A stretch of DNA of 64,000 nt, from assembly GCA_044222185.1 (NCBI GenBank), contig JBGANV010000008.1, forward strand, positions 192,001-256,000, written 5' to 3'. Positions 27,993 through 38,282 of this stretch are shown here, in pieces. The position numbers and the translations under genes are program-made. The notes beneath the pieces were generated by a model, which saw nothing but the letters and a program-made list of their open reading frames with translations, ran no database searches and was not told the origin of the DNA. The stretch comes from Planctomycetota bacterium (GTDB taxonomy: Bacteria; Planctomycetota; GCA-002687715; CAIWVZ01). Positions within the stretch are counted from its first letter, which is position 1. The number at the start of each line of letters is the position of its first letter.

Positions 27993-29024
27993 CTACTGAA
28001 CGGTGATCTGAATGCCACCGCTCAACGCGAAACCATCGACGTTCGACGGATCGACGACCACGAGCTGGGCGGAGACGACGAGCGGCACGCCGGAAGCGAA
28101 CGGCGCCGTGAAGTTCCCGGGGAATGGCGGAAACGCCAGACCGTTGATGAACGTGAGGCCCGGCGACAGCAGATTCACGTTCGCGATCTGGCCCGAGCCG
28201 GGGAGCTGGAGGGCGCCGCCACCCAGCGGCACGAGCACGTCGGGAATCGTGACGGCGATGTCGAAGCCCTGCCCGATGCTTGCGCTCGACACGCTGACGT
28301 TCGAGGGAACGGTCAATCCGCGCGTGACCAGCGCCGGCAGGCACGGGAAGGACTCGACGAGGTCGACCGACATCCCGGCGTTCGGCTGGTTCGCTTGATA
28401 GAAGCCGTTGCCCCCGGTGAACGTCAGGCGGACCTTCATGGCGAAGAGGCCGTTGGACGTCGGAAGCTGGGTCGTCGGATTGAAGAACGCTCCAGCGTGG
28501 CGGAGGTTCGTCGCCGTGCGGTGAGCGTTGAATCCGCCGGTGACGCCTGCCGACGACGTGTAGAAGATCGCGATGTCCGTGACGCCATCCCACACGAACC
28601 CAGCGGCCCCGAATCCCGGGAGCGGCGTCCAGGTGTTGAGCGTCCACGGGAACGTGTAGGGCCCGGACGTCAGGTCGTGGACGACCGTCGGACTCGCGAT
28701 GTTCGCCTCCCATTGGCCGGCGACGGGCGGGTTGGCCGCCAGATGTCCGATGGACATGCGCGCTTGCGGCGCGTTGTAGGTGCCGGCCGTTCCCGAGGAC
28801 GGCGCGATGGCGGCGTCGGTGAGAACGGCACCGGGGCAGACGCCACCCGCGGTGAGCTGGGCGGCGGTGTACACGTGAAGCGTGGCGAACCCGTTGACCT
28901 GCGCGAACGGAAACGCATTCGACGTCCCCGTCGTCGGGTTGTTGTTCTCGATGTAGACGAGCTGCGCCGGCACCATCGCTGCGACCAGCGACAGCACCAT
29001 TGAAAGTCCGGCAAATGAACGCAT
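27993..29024 (-). CDS. Secreted hypothetical protein with the conserved C-terminal domain
   Basis: Signal peptide, then YQANQP-led C-terminal domain ending VSAQLVVVDPSNVDGFALSGGIQITVQ. Confidence 0.8.
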   Translation of the reverse strand: MRSFAGLSMVLSLVAAMVPAQLVYIENNNPTTGTSNAFPFAQVNGFATLHVYTAAQLTAGGVCPGAVLTDAAIAPSSGTAGTYNAPQARMSIGHLAANPPVAGQWEANIASPTVVHDLTSGPYTFPWTLNTWTPLPGFGAAGFVWDGVTDIAIFYTSSAGVTGGFNAHRTATNLRHAGAFFNPTTQLPTSNGLFAMKVRLTFTGGNGFYQANQPNAGMSVDLVESFPCLPALVTRGLTVPSNVSVSSASIGQGFDIAVTIPDVLVPLGGGALQLPGSGQIANVNLLSPGLTFINGLAFPPFPGNFTAPFASGVPLVVSAQLVVVDPSNVDGFALSGGIQITVQ

Positions 29025-29281
29025 GGAATTCCTCACTCTCGGCAACGGTACGGTGGGCGATCCACGAACGCCTCCGCCACGCGGCGAAGGCCGGAACCGC
29101 GAACTGTTGCGAAGCTTACCTCACGGCGCCGAAGGCGTTGCGCTCCATCGCCGAGGGGCCGCACGGAATTTCCCGACTACCGGCGGTCAGGGACGCCCGC
29201 TGAGGGCGGCACGACGCGACGGGCGGGTGTAAGCTTCTCGCGCTGGCAGAAAATCCCAGGAACTGCCGGCAGGAGCCGCCC

Positions 29282-29746
29282 ATGGCGTCACTCACGCTCC
29301 GCAAGCACCTCGCAGCACCGCGTGACCGTGTCTTCGATGCTGCGGTGGATATCCGCAACTCCGCCGGCCGGATCAGCGGCATCAAGAGAGTCCACATGCT
29401 CACCGAGGGGCCGACGCGCGTCGGCACCCGTTGCGAACGGACTCGTACACACCAGGCGCGGGAAATGACCGAAGCCCTGGAGGTCGTTGCACTCGATCGG
29501 CCTGCGCGCGCGGCCTTCCTCTGCCGCAGTGCGACCGCGTCCTGCACGGCCGCCTACACGTTCCTCGCGGTCGGCGAGGAAACGGAAGTGGAGATCACGC
29601 TCGACGTGCGCCCCATCACACTCGTCGCGCGGATGACCACGTTCGTGACCAACGCTGCCCTCCACGCATGCCAGCGCGTGATCGAGCAGGACCTGGAGGA
29701 TCTGCGGCACTTCGTCGAAGGCAAGCCCGCGGTGGCGCTTGCCTGA
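29282..29746 (+). CDS. SRPBCC/START-like (polyketide cyclase) family protein
   Basis: APRDRVF..., GPTRVGT, C-terminal helix IEQDLEDLRHFVE, AGGAG RBS. Confidence 0.8.
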   Translation: MASLTLRKHLAAPRDRVFDAAVDIRNSAGRISGIKRVHMLTEGPTRVGTRCERTRTHQAREMTEALEVVALDRPARAAFLCRSATASCTAAYTFLAVGEETEVEITLDVRPITLVARMTTFVTNAALHACQRVIEQDLEDLRHFVEGKPAVALA

Positions 29747-29764
29747 CGCCGCGCGGACGGATCG

Positions 29765-30940
29765 TCACTTCGGCCGCGAGTCGGCGACCGGCGTCACGGG
29801 CTCGAACCTGACGTCGGCGAAATCCGTCGTGCTGTCGGACTTGGTCCAGAGCCCCGCGCGACCGTTGAGGAAGTAGCTGTCGACGGCGGTCGTCGTCGCC
29901 GCACCGTCGACCGTCGCGACGAGCTGCGTCCCGCGGGCGGAGAACTCCAGCGTGTGCCATCGGTCGTCGTCCGTGGGACACTTCACGACTCCGCCGGGAA
30001 GCGTCTTCCGGATCCCGTTCGCGACCCGAAAGATCCGCAGATCGGCCTCGGCAGCGTTCGCGCGTGCGACGAGGTAGTTGCCCGGATCCTGGAATCGCAG
30101 CACGACTCCGGCTGCGCGGTCGATCAGCCCCGCAGCGAAGCGGAAGCGCACGCGCCCGACGACGTCGGCGGCGAAGAAGCGCTTCATGATCGCCATGGGG
30201 AAGCGAATCCCCGTGCGATCGGCTTCCGCCTGGCGGAGGAAGCGCTGGCCGCCCTCTGCACCGATGACCCATCGCCCGAGCAGGCCATGTCCGCCGACGA
30301 CCGAGTCGATGGACCCAGGCACCTCGTTCACCCCCCCGTCGAGCGCGAGCGTCACGGGTTCGGTGCTGAACACGAAACGGGGCGGAAGGTCCGGGAACTG
30401 CTCCTCCTCGTCCTCGTCCTCTTCCGGTCGCGGGCCCAGGGTGACCGTGATCGTCAGCGCTTCGTCCCCGCGCTTGACGGCAAGAGTGGTGCGCTCGCCG
30501 ACGCGACGCGATCGAACTGCCTGGGCGAGCGTCGCCTTCGATGTCGTCGGGTCTCCGCCCAGGAGCTTGATGACGTCACCCGGTCGCAGCCCCGCGTCCG
30601 CCGCCCCGGTCAACGGGTAGACGTTCGTCACGCGAACGCCGCCTTCGACGGGCTCCGCGTCCACTCCGAGATAGGGCACGGGGATCACGTCATCGAGCGC
30701 CAGCCTGGCGTCCAGGTGCGCCTGCGCCATCTGAATCGAGATCCTCGCATCGAGCTTCATCAGCAATTCACGGCGCAGCAGGGCTGGATCATTGGTCGAT
30801 CCGTGGACACGCGCTTCAGTTCCCGCGGCAACGGGACGCTCGGCCGGCTCGATGGCCGGCGCAGTGGACGGCCGGAACCCACTCACGGACAACGCCAGAA
30901 CCGCCGCCACGACGCTACAGACCCAGGACTTCATCGTCAT
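29765..30940 (-). CDS. Secreted PDZ domain + concanavalin/DUF1080-like domain protein
   Basis: PYLGV...V.P..GAADAGLRPGDVI (PDZ), an acidic linker, then AGVVLRFQDPGNY, WHTL, GRAGLWTKSD. Confidence 0.8.
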   Translation of the reverse strand: MTMKSWVCSVVAAVLALSVSGFRPSTAPAIEPAERPVAAGTEARVHGSTNDPALLRRELLMKLDARISIQMAQAHLDARLALDDVIPVPYLGVDAEPVEGGVRVTNVYPLTGAADAGLRPGDVIKLLGGDPTTSKATLAQAVRSRRVGERTTLAVKRGDEALTITVTLGPRPEEDEDEEEQFPDLPPRFVFSTEPVTLALDGGVNEVPGSIDSVVGGHGLLGRWVIGAEGGQRFLRQAEADRTGIRFPMAIMKRFFAADVVGRVRFRFAAGLIDRAAGVVLRFQDPGNYLVARANAAEADLRIFRVANGIRKTLPGGVVKCPTDDDRWHTLEFSARGTQLVATVDGAATTTAVDSYFLNGRAGLWTKSDSTTDFADVRFEPVTPVADSRPK

Positions 30941-31135
30941 TCTCCGGGGAGGCGCCGATGGCATGCGAGCCCGCCGTTCGTGCGCGCGCGATGCGCCCCC
31001 CCACATCGGGCCGATGATAGCGATCGCCGAGGCGCCACAGACGGCGCGCCGGGCGGCCGGCGAACGCGCAACAGGTGTTTCAGCGAACGACGCTCCGAGG
31101 TCGAGACCCCAACGTGATAGCGTGTCCGCCGCCAG

Positions 31136-31789
31136 ATGATCGTCACCGGACTGAAGAGATACACCAGCGAGCCTGGTGCGGCCTTCTATCGACGGAAGTA
31201 CGAGCGCTCGATCGCGCGACGGATTTCCAACCGACTGGAGCTCCGCACCGTGCGACGTGCGCTTGCGGCCGCCGGGCCCGCCGAGACGATCCTCGACATC
31301 CCCTGCGGCGCGGGCCGTCTCGTTCCGACGTTGCTCACGCATGCGCGACGCGTCGTCTGCGCGGACATCTCCGCGCCCATGCTGCGGCAGGCGTCGGATG
31401 CGCTGGCTCCCGTGCGGGAATCCGGTCGCCTCGCGTTCACGAAGGCGTCAGTCTTCCACCTGCCGTTCCCCCAGAAGGCCTTCGATGCGGCGGTGTGCTG
31501 GAGACTCACGCATCACCTCCCCGACGAGACCGATCGACGCCGCCTCTTCGCGGAGCTGGCGCGCGTGAGCCGGCGGTTCGTCGTCGTTTCGTTCTCCGAC
31601 GGAGAGAACCCCAAGGGCATCCGCCGGGCGAAGAGCCGCAAGCGCGCCGGCCGCCAGACCAAGCACGTCACCTTGACGCAGGCTCAGGTGATCGCCGAGG
31701 CGAAGACCGCGGGGCTGGAACTGGCGGGGATCTTCCCCCTTTCGCGCTGGTTCTCCGTGGTGACGGCCGCGTTGTTCGTCGTGCGCTGA
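31136..31789 (+). CDS. Class I SAM-dependent methyltransferase
   Basis: ILDIPCGAGR, ADISAPML, LPF...FD, HHL. Confidence 0.88.
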   Translation: MIVTGLKRYTSEPGAAFYRRKYERSIARRISNRLELRTVRRALAAAGPAETILDIPCGAGRLVPTLLTHARRVVCADISAPMLRQASDALAPVRESGRLAFTKASVFHLPFPQKAFDAAVCWRLTHHLPDETDRRRLFAELARVSRRFVVVSFSDGENPKGIRRAKSRKRAGRQTKHVTLTQAQVIAEAKTAGLELAGIFPLSRWFSVVTAALFVVR

Positions 31790-31859
31790 CGCGATCGCGG
31801 CGCGCTCTTTCCACGCGCGAGACTCCGAGCGTATGCTGCGGACCCGGAGGTCCTCGTCC

Positions 31860-33479
31860 ATGTTCGACATCAGCTCGCGCGCCGCGTTCGCCGCGGCAAT
31901 GACGTTCGTCGCCGCGACGTGCGGAGCCCAGACCACGATCTTCACGTTCAGCGGCGCCACACCCGGTGAGACGTACGGAGCCTCCGTGCGCGGAGTGACC
32001 GACCTGAACCTCGACGGGTTTCCGGATCTCGTCGTCGGAGCACCGGGAGCGCCGCCCAACGGCCGCGTTTCCGTGATCTCGGGATTCGACGGAGCCGTCC
32101 TGTACGAAGTCCTCGGAACCGTGACGAGTGGATTCGGCGTATCCGTCTCCGATGCCGGTGACGTCAACGCGGACGGCGCGCCGGACCTGATCCTCGGCGG
32201 CATGAACGGCTCGACGGGATACGCGCAGGTGGTCTCCGGTCTCACGGGCACGGTCATCTACACCTTCCAGACCGGTGGCAGCTTCGACGGGTTCGGCATC
32301 AGCGTGAGCGGAGCGGGCGACGTCGACAACGACGGGTACGACGACGTGATCGTGGGCGGTTTCTCGTCCGCAACCGTGTTCAGCGGACTCACGGGTCAAA
32401 CGCTGTTCACCGTCACTCTGGGCGGGTTCACGATCCAGGGTCTGGCCGTCGCGGCGGCGGGCGACGTCGACAACGATGGGTTCGACGACGTGCTCGTCGG
32501 AGACGAAAGCGCGGCCACGGGGCCCGGTGTGTTCAGCGGCGGCGTCGTTCGGCTCTACGCCGGGCCGTCGGGTGCCACGCTTCGCACGGTCGGCGGCGCC
32601 ACGTTCGAATTCCTCGGACATTCCGTTGCGGGGCTGGGTGACGTGAATGGCGACGGGGTCAGGGACTTCATCGCCGGCGGACCGCAGGCCGCATCGAGCA
32701 CCGGGCTCGCGCGGATCTACTCGGGGCAGACCGGAGGCGTCATCCGCACGTCGTCGAGCCCTCTCGCGAGCCTCCAGTTCGGATCGGCCGTGGCGAACGC
32801 GCGCGACGCGAACGGCGACGGGGTCGATGACGTGATCGTCTCCGGCATCGGTGGTGGACCGAATGCGAATTTCCCTGGGGTGGTCGTCGTCCAATCGGGC
32901 CTGACCGGGGCGACCCTCGCGACGGTGACCGGGAACCCCTTCGACCGGCTCGGGTACGGGGTGTCATCCGCTGGCGATCTCACCGCCGATGGTGCGCCGG
33001 AGATCATCCTCGGCGCGCCGTCGTCGGGATTCGGCGGTCCGCCGGGCTACGCGCGCGTCGTCTCGCTGGGATCGATCCCAGCCGCTGCGGCGACACCCGT
33101 GGGATCGGGATGCGGAGCCGGCGCGATTCCACCGGTCCTCACCGTGTCGCCAGCGCCCATCCTCGGGCAGACGGCCACGCTCGCGGTGACGCTGGCGACG
33201 GCGCAGCGGAACGGGCTCGTCTTCGCGGCGCTTCCGCCTGCAACCGCCCAGCCGATCGGCGGCGGATGCGTGGTCTACCTTCCGCTCGGCACCATCGCGA
33301 GCTGGCTCTCGATTCCGATCACGACGGACGCGTCCGGGTCGTCGGCGCTCTCCATCCCCCTCGCCGGCGTTCCCACACTGGCTGGAACGCAGGTGGCATT
33401 GCAGGCCGTCGTCCTCCCCACGAGCGGTCCGCTCGGCTTCGATCTCACGAATGCGGTGGTCGTGACCCTCGGGTTCTGA
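31860..33479 (+). CDS. Secreted FG-GAP (integrin-alpha type) repeat protein with the conserved C-terminal domain
   Basis: About seven FG.SV...GDV[DN].DG..D...G repeats, ending PTLAGTQVALQAVVLPTSGPLGFDLTNAVVVTLGF. Confidence 0.92.
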   Translation: MFDISSRAAFAAAMTFVAATCGAQTTIFTFSGATPGETYGASVRGVTDLNLDGFPDLVVGAPGAPPNGRVSVISGFDGAVLYEVLGTVTSGFGVSVSDAGDVNADGAPDLILGGMNGSTGYAQVVSGLTGTVIYTFQTGGSFDGFGISVSGAGDVDNDGYDDVIVGGFSSATVFSGLTGQTLFTVTLGGFTIQGLAVAAAGDVDNDGFDDVLVGDESAATGPGVFSGGVVRLYAGPSGATLRTVGGATFEFLGHSVAGLGDVNGDGVRDFIAGGPQAASSTGLARIYSGQTGGVIRTSSSPLASLQFGSAVANARDANGDGVDDVIVSGIGGGPNANFPGVVVVQSGLTGATLATVTGNPFDRLGYGVSSAGDLTADGAPEIILGAPSSGFGGPPGYARVVSLGSIPAAAATPVGSGCGAGAIPPVLTVSPAPILGQTATLAVTLATAQRNGLVFAALPPATAQPIGGGCVVYLPLGTIASWLSIPITTDASGSSALSIPLAGVPTLAGTQVALQAVVLPTSGPLGFDLTNAVVVTLGF

Positions 33480-33499
33480 CCCGGGCGCCCGCTCCTCGC

Positions 33500-35818
33500 T
33501 CAACCGAGCGCGCGACGAATGTCGTCGAGCGCGCCCCGGCCCTTCGCAGCCTGCTCGGCGGTGATCTCAGCGGCACCGTAGAGCGCGTCGTTCACCATGG
33601 GGACGACCGATCCGAAGGAGTCGTGCGCGGGCGCCGCCGGCGTCGGCGAGACCCGTGCTGCATGCTCGCGCGGCGTCTCGTGCTCGCGACGCTCGCGGCC
33701 CGAACCGGTCAGGTCCTTCTGGAGGAACGCGTACGCCAGCAGCAGCCGCTCGGACTCGGTGCGCGGTCGGTAGCCCTCCCAGGCAGGCGGGAGCATCGGC
33801 TGCGGTGCGGGCTCGGAAGGCTCCTGCGGTTCCTCCTCCTTGGGCCCGGACTTCCGCTGCCGCAATCGCAGCACGAGGAAGATGAGGAACGCGCCGAGCG
33901 CCAGCGCGCCGAGAAACGCGGCGGCGGCACGGCTCAACCGCGGAGGCGCCACCGAGTCGCTCGCGGGATCGGCGCCGTCATCGCCGGGACCGCCGCGATC
34001 ACCGCGGTCACGGCCGAGCCCCGGATCCTTCACCTCGGCACCGCCCACGCCGCTCACGTCGTCGAACTCGGCCGAACCGTTCGGGCCGACGGGATCGGGG
34101 TCGCGAGCCACGTTCTCGGTGAGGTCCACGGGGGTCCACCCGAGATCGTTCGTCTCGACCTCGACCCAGGCGTGCGCCGTACGCCGCTTCACCAGCCACT
34201 CGTCCGGGCGCTCGCCTGGCTCAGCCCCCAGGAAGCCCACGGCGATTCGCGTGGGAATTCCCCGAGCGCGAAGAAGCAGGGCCCCGAGCGTCGCGAAGTG
34301 GCGGCAATCGCCCACGCGTTTGCGCGTGACGAAGTCGACGAGCGTCTCTGGCAGATGGCGGCGAGTCGTTTCGCGTCCGTAGGTGAAATACCCACGTGCG
34401 TAGTCGTGAAGTGCCTCCAGGTTCGCTCTCAAACCCGTTGCGTCGCCGAAGACGGCCCGAGCCAGGCTGCCCAGATCCAGACCGAGCGCGCTTCGGTCGG
34501 GCACCTCCAGGAACATCTCGGGATCCTTGCGTCCCCGCGCAAATCCCGACTCCTCGGAGTTTCTCCCCACGAAAGGACGCACCGTGACCCGGTAACTGCT
34601 GTCCCTCTCGAGGCCGGCTCCTTTGAAGTAGTAGTCGCCATGGGGCGTCGATCGGATCTCCGGAAGCGCCGCGCGGGCGGGACGGACCGTGAAGCCCGTG
34701 GGGAAGTACGGCATGAAGAGCGAACCGACTTCCGGCACGACGACCGTGACGACCAACTCCTGTGGCGCGACTCCGGTCACTGGCGCGTCGAAGCGGAATC
34801 CTTCGGGTTCCTGTTCGAGGGGCAACGGGTCGGTGAAGCGGGTCGACCAGTCCTGAAGCCTCGGATCGAACCGCTCGAACACGCGGCCGCGCCAATAGGT
34901 GTCGGAGTTCGGACTCCAGGTCTCATCCGCGGGCGTCGATGGGGCGTTCGGGCGCGTGATGCGCAGGACGATCGTCTCGTCGAACGCGGCGTTCAGAGAC
35001 GAACGCCGCGAAAGGCGCATGCCCATGGCACCGGCCCTGCCGCCCTCGCGCGCCGTGAGCAGCGAGTTCTCGACGCGCGAGTGCTCCTCCTCGGCCCGGC
35101 TGCGGTCGCGCTTCTCGGCCGCCCGTCTCTCGAGGATCTTCTCGACGCGGTCCACCAGCGGATCTGCGGCGATGAAGAGCCCGGCGACGATTCCGATGAA
35201 GGCCACGATCACGAGGAAGGCCGCGACCCGCGCGTTCTGGACGTTCACGCGCCCGCGGCCTCCGCGCGCAGCCGCCACGGCGGCCGCGGCCGACAGCTGT
35301 CGCCGCACGGCATTCGACACGCACATGCTGCAGAACGCGACCACCGTCAGCGGCATGGAAAACCGGAACCCCCCGATCACTCCGGCCGCCATGGCGCCGA
35401 AGGAGAACGGCTCGTACCAGGCGTAGGCCGCCGGATCGAAGAGCATGAACCCCGACATCAGGAACGCGCCGACGATCCCGAGCATCTGCAGGTCACCCGG
35501 ATGACTGGATCGCGCGAGGACGAAGAAGAAGAGCAGCGATCCCAGGAGCAGCGCCGCGACGCCGCTTCCCACGATCCGCGTTCGGGCGTGAGGACCGCGG
35601 GCTCGGGCGAGAGACGGCTCGATCCCGGCGGCGAGGAGCCGCGGATAGGCACCCCATGCGAGGAGCGCGATCCAGCGAACGGCGTCGGGACCGTGATCGA
35701 ACGCGCCCGTCCCTCCCAACGCGACGGCCGCGGCGGCGACGACGTCGGCGGCGACCACGATCTGGCGGGCGTCGTCCACGTCCGTGAGGCGGTTGCGAAA
35801 GAGGGTGACGAATCTCAT
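33500..35818 (-). CDS. Membrane transglutaminase-like protein (TgpA/DUF3488 type)
   Basis: N-terminal TM bundle, YWRG..F, GDCRHFAT (Cys), GIPTRIAVGF, AHAWVEV, GWTPVD. Confidence 0.9.
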   Translation of the reverse strand: MRFVTLFRNRLTDVDDARQIVVAADVVAAAAVALGGTGAFDHGPDAVRWIALLAWGAYPRLLAAGIEPSLARARGPHARTRIVGSGVAALLLGSLLFFFVLARSSHPGDLQMLGIVGAFLMSGFMLFDPAAYAWYEPFSFGAMAAGVIGGFRFSMPLTVVAFCSMCVSNAVRRQLSAAAAVAAARGGRGRVNVQNARVAAFLVIVAFIGIVAGLFIAADPLVDRVEKILERRAAEKRDRSRAEEEHSRVENSLLTAREGGRAGAMGMRLSRRSSLNAAFDETIVLRITRPNAPSTPADETWSPNSDTYWRGRVFERFDPRLQDWSTRFTDPLPLEQEPEGFRFDAPVTGVAPQELVVTVVVPEVGSLFMPYFPTGFTVRPARAALPEIRSTPHGDYYFKGAGLERDSSYRVTVRPFVGRNSEESGFARGRKDPEMFLEVPDRSALGLDLGSLARAVFGDATGLRANLEALHDYARGYFTYGRETTRRHLPETLVDFVTRKRVGDCRHFATLGALLLRARGIPTRIAVGFLGAEPGERPDEWLVKRRTAHAWVEVETNDLGWTPVDLTENVARDPDPVGPNGSAEFDDVSGVGGAEVKDPGLGRDRGDRGGPGDDGADPASDSVAPPRLSRAAAAFLGALALGAFLIFLVLRLRQRKSGPKEEEPQEPSEPAPQPMLPPAWEGYRPRTESERLLLAYAFLQKDLTGSGRERREHETPREHAARVSPTPAAPAHDSFGSVVPMVNDALYGAAEITAEQAAKGRGALDDIRRALG

Positions 35819-37068
35819 GCCGCCACCAGCCTTCCCCGACGCGCCACCATGCCGTCGTGGTCGAGGAGGGACACGCCCATGGCCGAGAGCCGCGCCAGCA
35901 TCCGCGTGCGTTCGCCGACGACGCGCTCCGTCGCCGCCTCCGGACGAATGGGATAGACGACGCAGACCACGCGCAGCCCACGCGCGACGAGCCGCCGGAC
36001 GGCCGCGCTGAACGCCTCGTCACCGGCCAGGTAGGGATGCAGGACGATCACGGCCGTGCCCTCCGTCGGCAGGCGATCCAATCGCCGAGAGAGCGTGTCC
36101 GGATACGAGTCGGTGCGCCGCGTCCGCACGCGGATCAGTGCCTCCAGGATCCGGAGCGTCTGCGATGGTCCCTGGCGGGGATCGACGTCGAACGTCCCCT
36201 GACTTCCGCATCGCAACTGGACGCGCATGCTCGAGCGCACGGCGCGAGCCGCGAGCGACGCCACGAGCCGGACGCTCGCCTCGAAGTTGCCCAGCCGCGC
36301 GCCGGAGAAGTGGACCGCCACGGAGACGTCCGGGTAGATCACGAGATCGTCAGGAATGGACGGAATGAACTCTCGCACCACGGGGAAGTCGCGCCGCGCG
36401 GTCAGCGCCCAGTGAACGCGTTTCAGCGGATCGCCCGCGACGTAGTCGCGCACGGAGAAGAACTCGTCGGACTCAGAAAGCCGCATCGCCTGACGCACGG
36501 GATCCCCGCGCGTGATGACGGAGAACAGCCGGTCCGGAAGCGACACATTCCGCATCCGCGGATACACCTTGAACTCGTCGATGAGATCGATGCGACGCCG
36601 CGCGGTGAACCAACCCAGCGGGTCGGACACCTCGAGTTCGATGGGTCCGTGGGGATAGATGCCGCGCGAGCGGCGGCACGTCGCGACGTAGGACTCGTCC
36701 ACGCGGGCGCCGGGGTCGACGCGCAGCACGAGCGGAACGTCGCGCGCCGCGACGGTCTCGGGTCCGAACACGTTGCGCAGCCGCGGGAAGAACAGCGGCA
36801 CCGAGGATCGGTTCTCGAGCGCGAGCGTGATCGTCACCTGATCGCCCTCGGACGCACGTCGTTCGGCGACGCGCGTGACGACGGCGGCGGCGAGCGCCCT
36901 TCGGACGACGTGGCGGACGATGAGTGGGAGCGCGACCAACGTGGCGCCGAGGGCGATCGCCGCCGAATTCGCGGTGACGATTCCCGCGAGGAGCGCCAGT
37001 CCGCCGACGGTCACGAGCCCCCGGCCCGGCTGCGGCGCAAGGCCGCGACTACCGGGCGTTGGCGGCAT
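35815..37068 (-). CDS. DUF58 domain protein
   Basis: RGIY, SDPLGWF, VYP, EFFSVRDY..GDPLKRVHW..TAR, VVREF. ATGA-coupled to the transglutaminase gene. Confidence 0.9.
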   Translation of the reverse strand: MPPTPGSRGLAPQPGRGLVTVGGLALLAGIVTANSAAIALGATLVALPLIVRHVVRRALAAAVVTRVAERRASEGDQVTITLALENRSSVPLFFPRLRNVFGPETVAARDVPLVLRVDPGARVDESYVATCRRSRGIYPHGPIELEVSDPLGWFTARRRIDLIDEFKVYPRMRNVSLPDRLFSVITRGDPVRQAMRLSESDEFFSVRDYVAGDPLKRVHWALTARRDFPVVREFIPSIPDDLVIYPDVSVAVHFSGARLGNFEASVRLVASLAARAVRSSMRVQLRCGSQGTFDVDPRQGPSQTLRILEALIRVRTRRTDSYPDTLSRRLDRLPTEGTAVIVLHPYLAGDEAFSAAVRRLVARGLRVVCVVYPIRPEAATERVVGERTRMLARLSAMGVSLLDHDGMVARRGRLVAA

Positions 37069-37999
37069 GCGGGAGGATCGGAACGGGTGCGGCCTTCAGG
37101 ATCTCGTCCACGATCGTCGCTCGGTCCGACCCCACGGCTTCCCGCTCGGCATCGAGCGACAGGCGATGTCCGATGACGGCAGACGCGACGGCCTTCACGT
37201 CGTCGGGCGCGACGAAGCGGGCTCCGCCGAGGAAGGCATGGGCCTGGGCGGCACGCATCATCGCGAGGCTCCCACGGGGGCTGAGCCCCAACCGCACGGC
37301 CGGGTTCTCGCGGCTCGCGCGCGCGATCGCGACGATGTACTCCTGGATCTCGGGTGCGACGCGGACCTTGCGCACCGCATCCTGCATGCGGATCAGGTCC
37401 TCGAGGGTGATGCAGGGACGGATCGTGGCGATCGGCTCGTCCTCGATCTGCATGGCGAGAATCCGGATCTCATCCTCGGCGGCCGGGTATCCGATCGAAA
37501 GCCGCATGAGGAAGCGATCGAGTTGCGCCTCGGGCAGCGGGAACGTCCCCGACAACTCGATGGGGTTGAGCGTCGCGATGACGAAGAACGGCGCCGAGAG
37601 CGGATACGTACGCCCCTCGACGGTCACCTGCCGCTCTTCCATGGCCTCGAGGAGACTCGATTGCGTGCGGGGTGAGGTGCGATTGATCTCGTCGGCGAGC
37701 AGTACGTTGGCGAAGACGGGGCCGTGGCGGAACTCGAACACGCGATCCTGCGTGTTGTAGACGGAGACTCCGGTGACGTCCGCCGGGAGGAGGTCCGGCG
37801 TGAACTGGATGCGCTTGAAGCTCGCGGCCACGGACTGCGCGAGAGCCCGCGCGAGCAGCGTCTTGCCGAGGCCAGGGGCGTCCTCGATGAGGACGTGGCC
37901 GCGGGCGAGCAGCCCCGCCACGACCATCCGGATCACGTCATCCTTCCCGACGATCACGCTCGCGATGTTGTCGCAGAGCCGCCGTAGCGTGGGTTCCAA
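37049..37999 (-). CDS. MoxR family AAA+ ATPase
   Basis: HVLIEDAPGLGKT, RIQFTPDLLPADVTG, DEINR, LLEAMEE, GTFPLPEAQLDRF. TTG start at 37999 after GGAG. Confidence 0.95.
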   Translation of the reverse strand: MEPTLRRLCDNIASVIVGKDDVIRMVVAGLLARGHVLIEDAPGLGKTLLARALAQSVAASFKRIQFTPDLLPADVTGVSVYNTQDRVFEFRHGPVFANVLLADEINRTSPRTQSSLLEAMEERQVTVEGRTYPLSAPFFVIATLNPIELSGTFPLPEAQLDRFLMRLSIGYPAAEDEIRILAMQIEDEPIATIRPCITLEDLIRMQDAVRKVRVAPEIQEYIVAIARASRENPAVRLGLSPRGSLAMMRAAQAHAFLGGARFVAPDDVKAVASAVIGHRLSLDAEREAVGSDRATIVDEILKAAPVPILPHAANAR

Positions 38000-38282
38000 A
38001 ACTCGTCTCCTCGGATGCGTGTACCGGTTCGACCCGGCGGGCGTCAGGCAGGGGGCCAAGTCTAAGGCCCGGCGCGGCGTCGTGCCAAGTTTTCCTGGGC
38101 GAGGTCGGCGGGATGAGCATGGGCCCCAAGCACGGCGAGCTACGTCCATCACCGGGGCTGCACTCCGAAGCGGCGCCCGTATCTCCGCGAGGGATGACTC
38201 CGGCGTTCGCGTGCGACTCATCGCACATGCGCAGCTGGCACGACAGCGAGCCGCACACGCCGGACGTTCACAAGGAGTTGCC

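Noticed and set aside
33500-37999. MoxR-DUF58-transglutaminase operon as a novel system
   Set aside because: A widespread, previously described gene triad; nothing here links it to the neighbouring conserved-domain genes beyond proximity.
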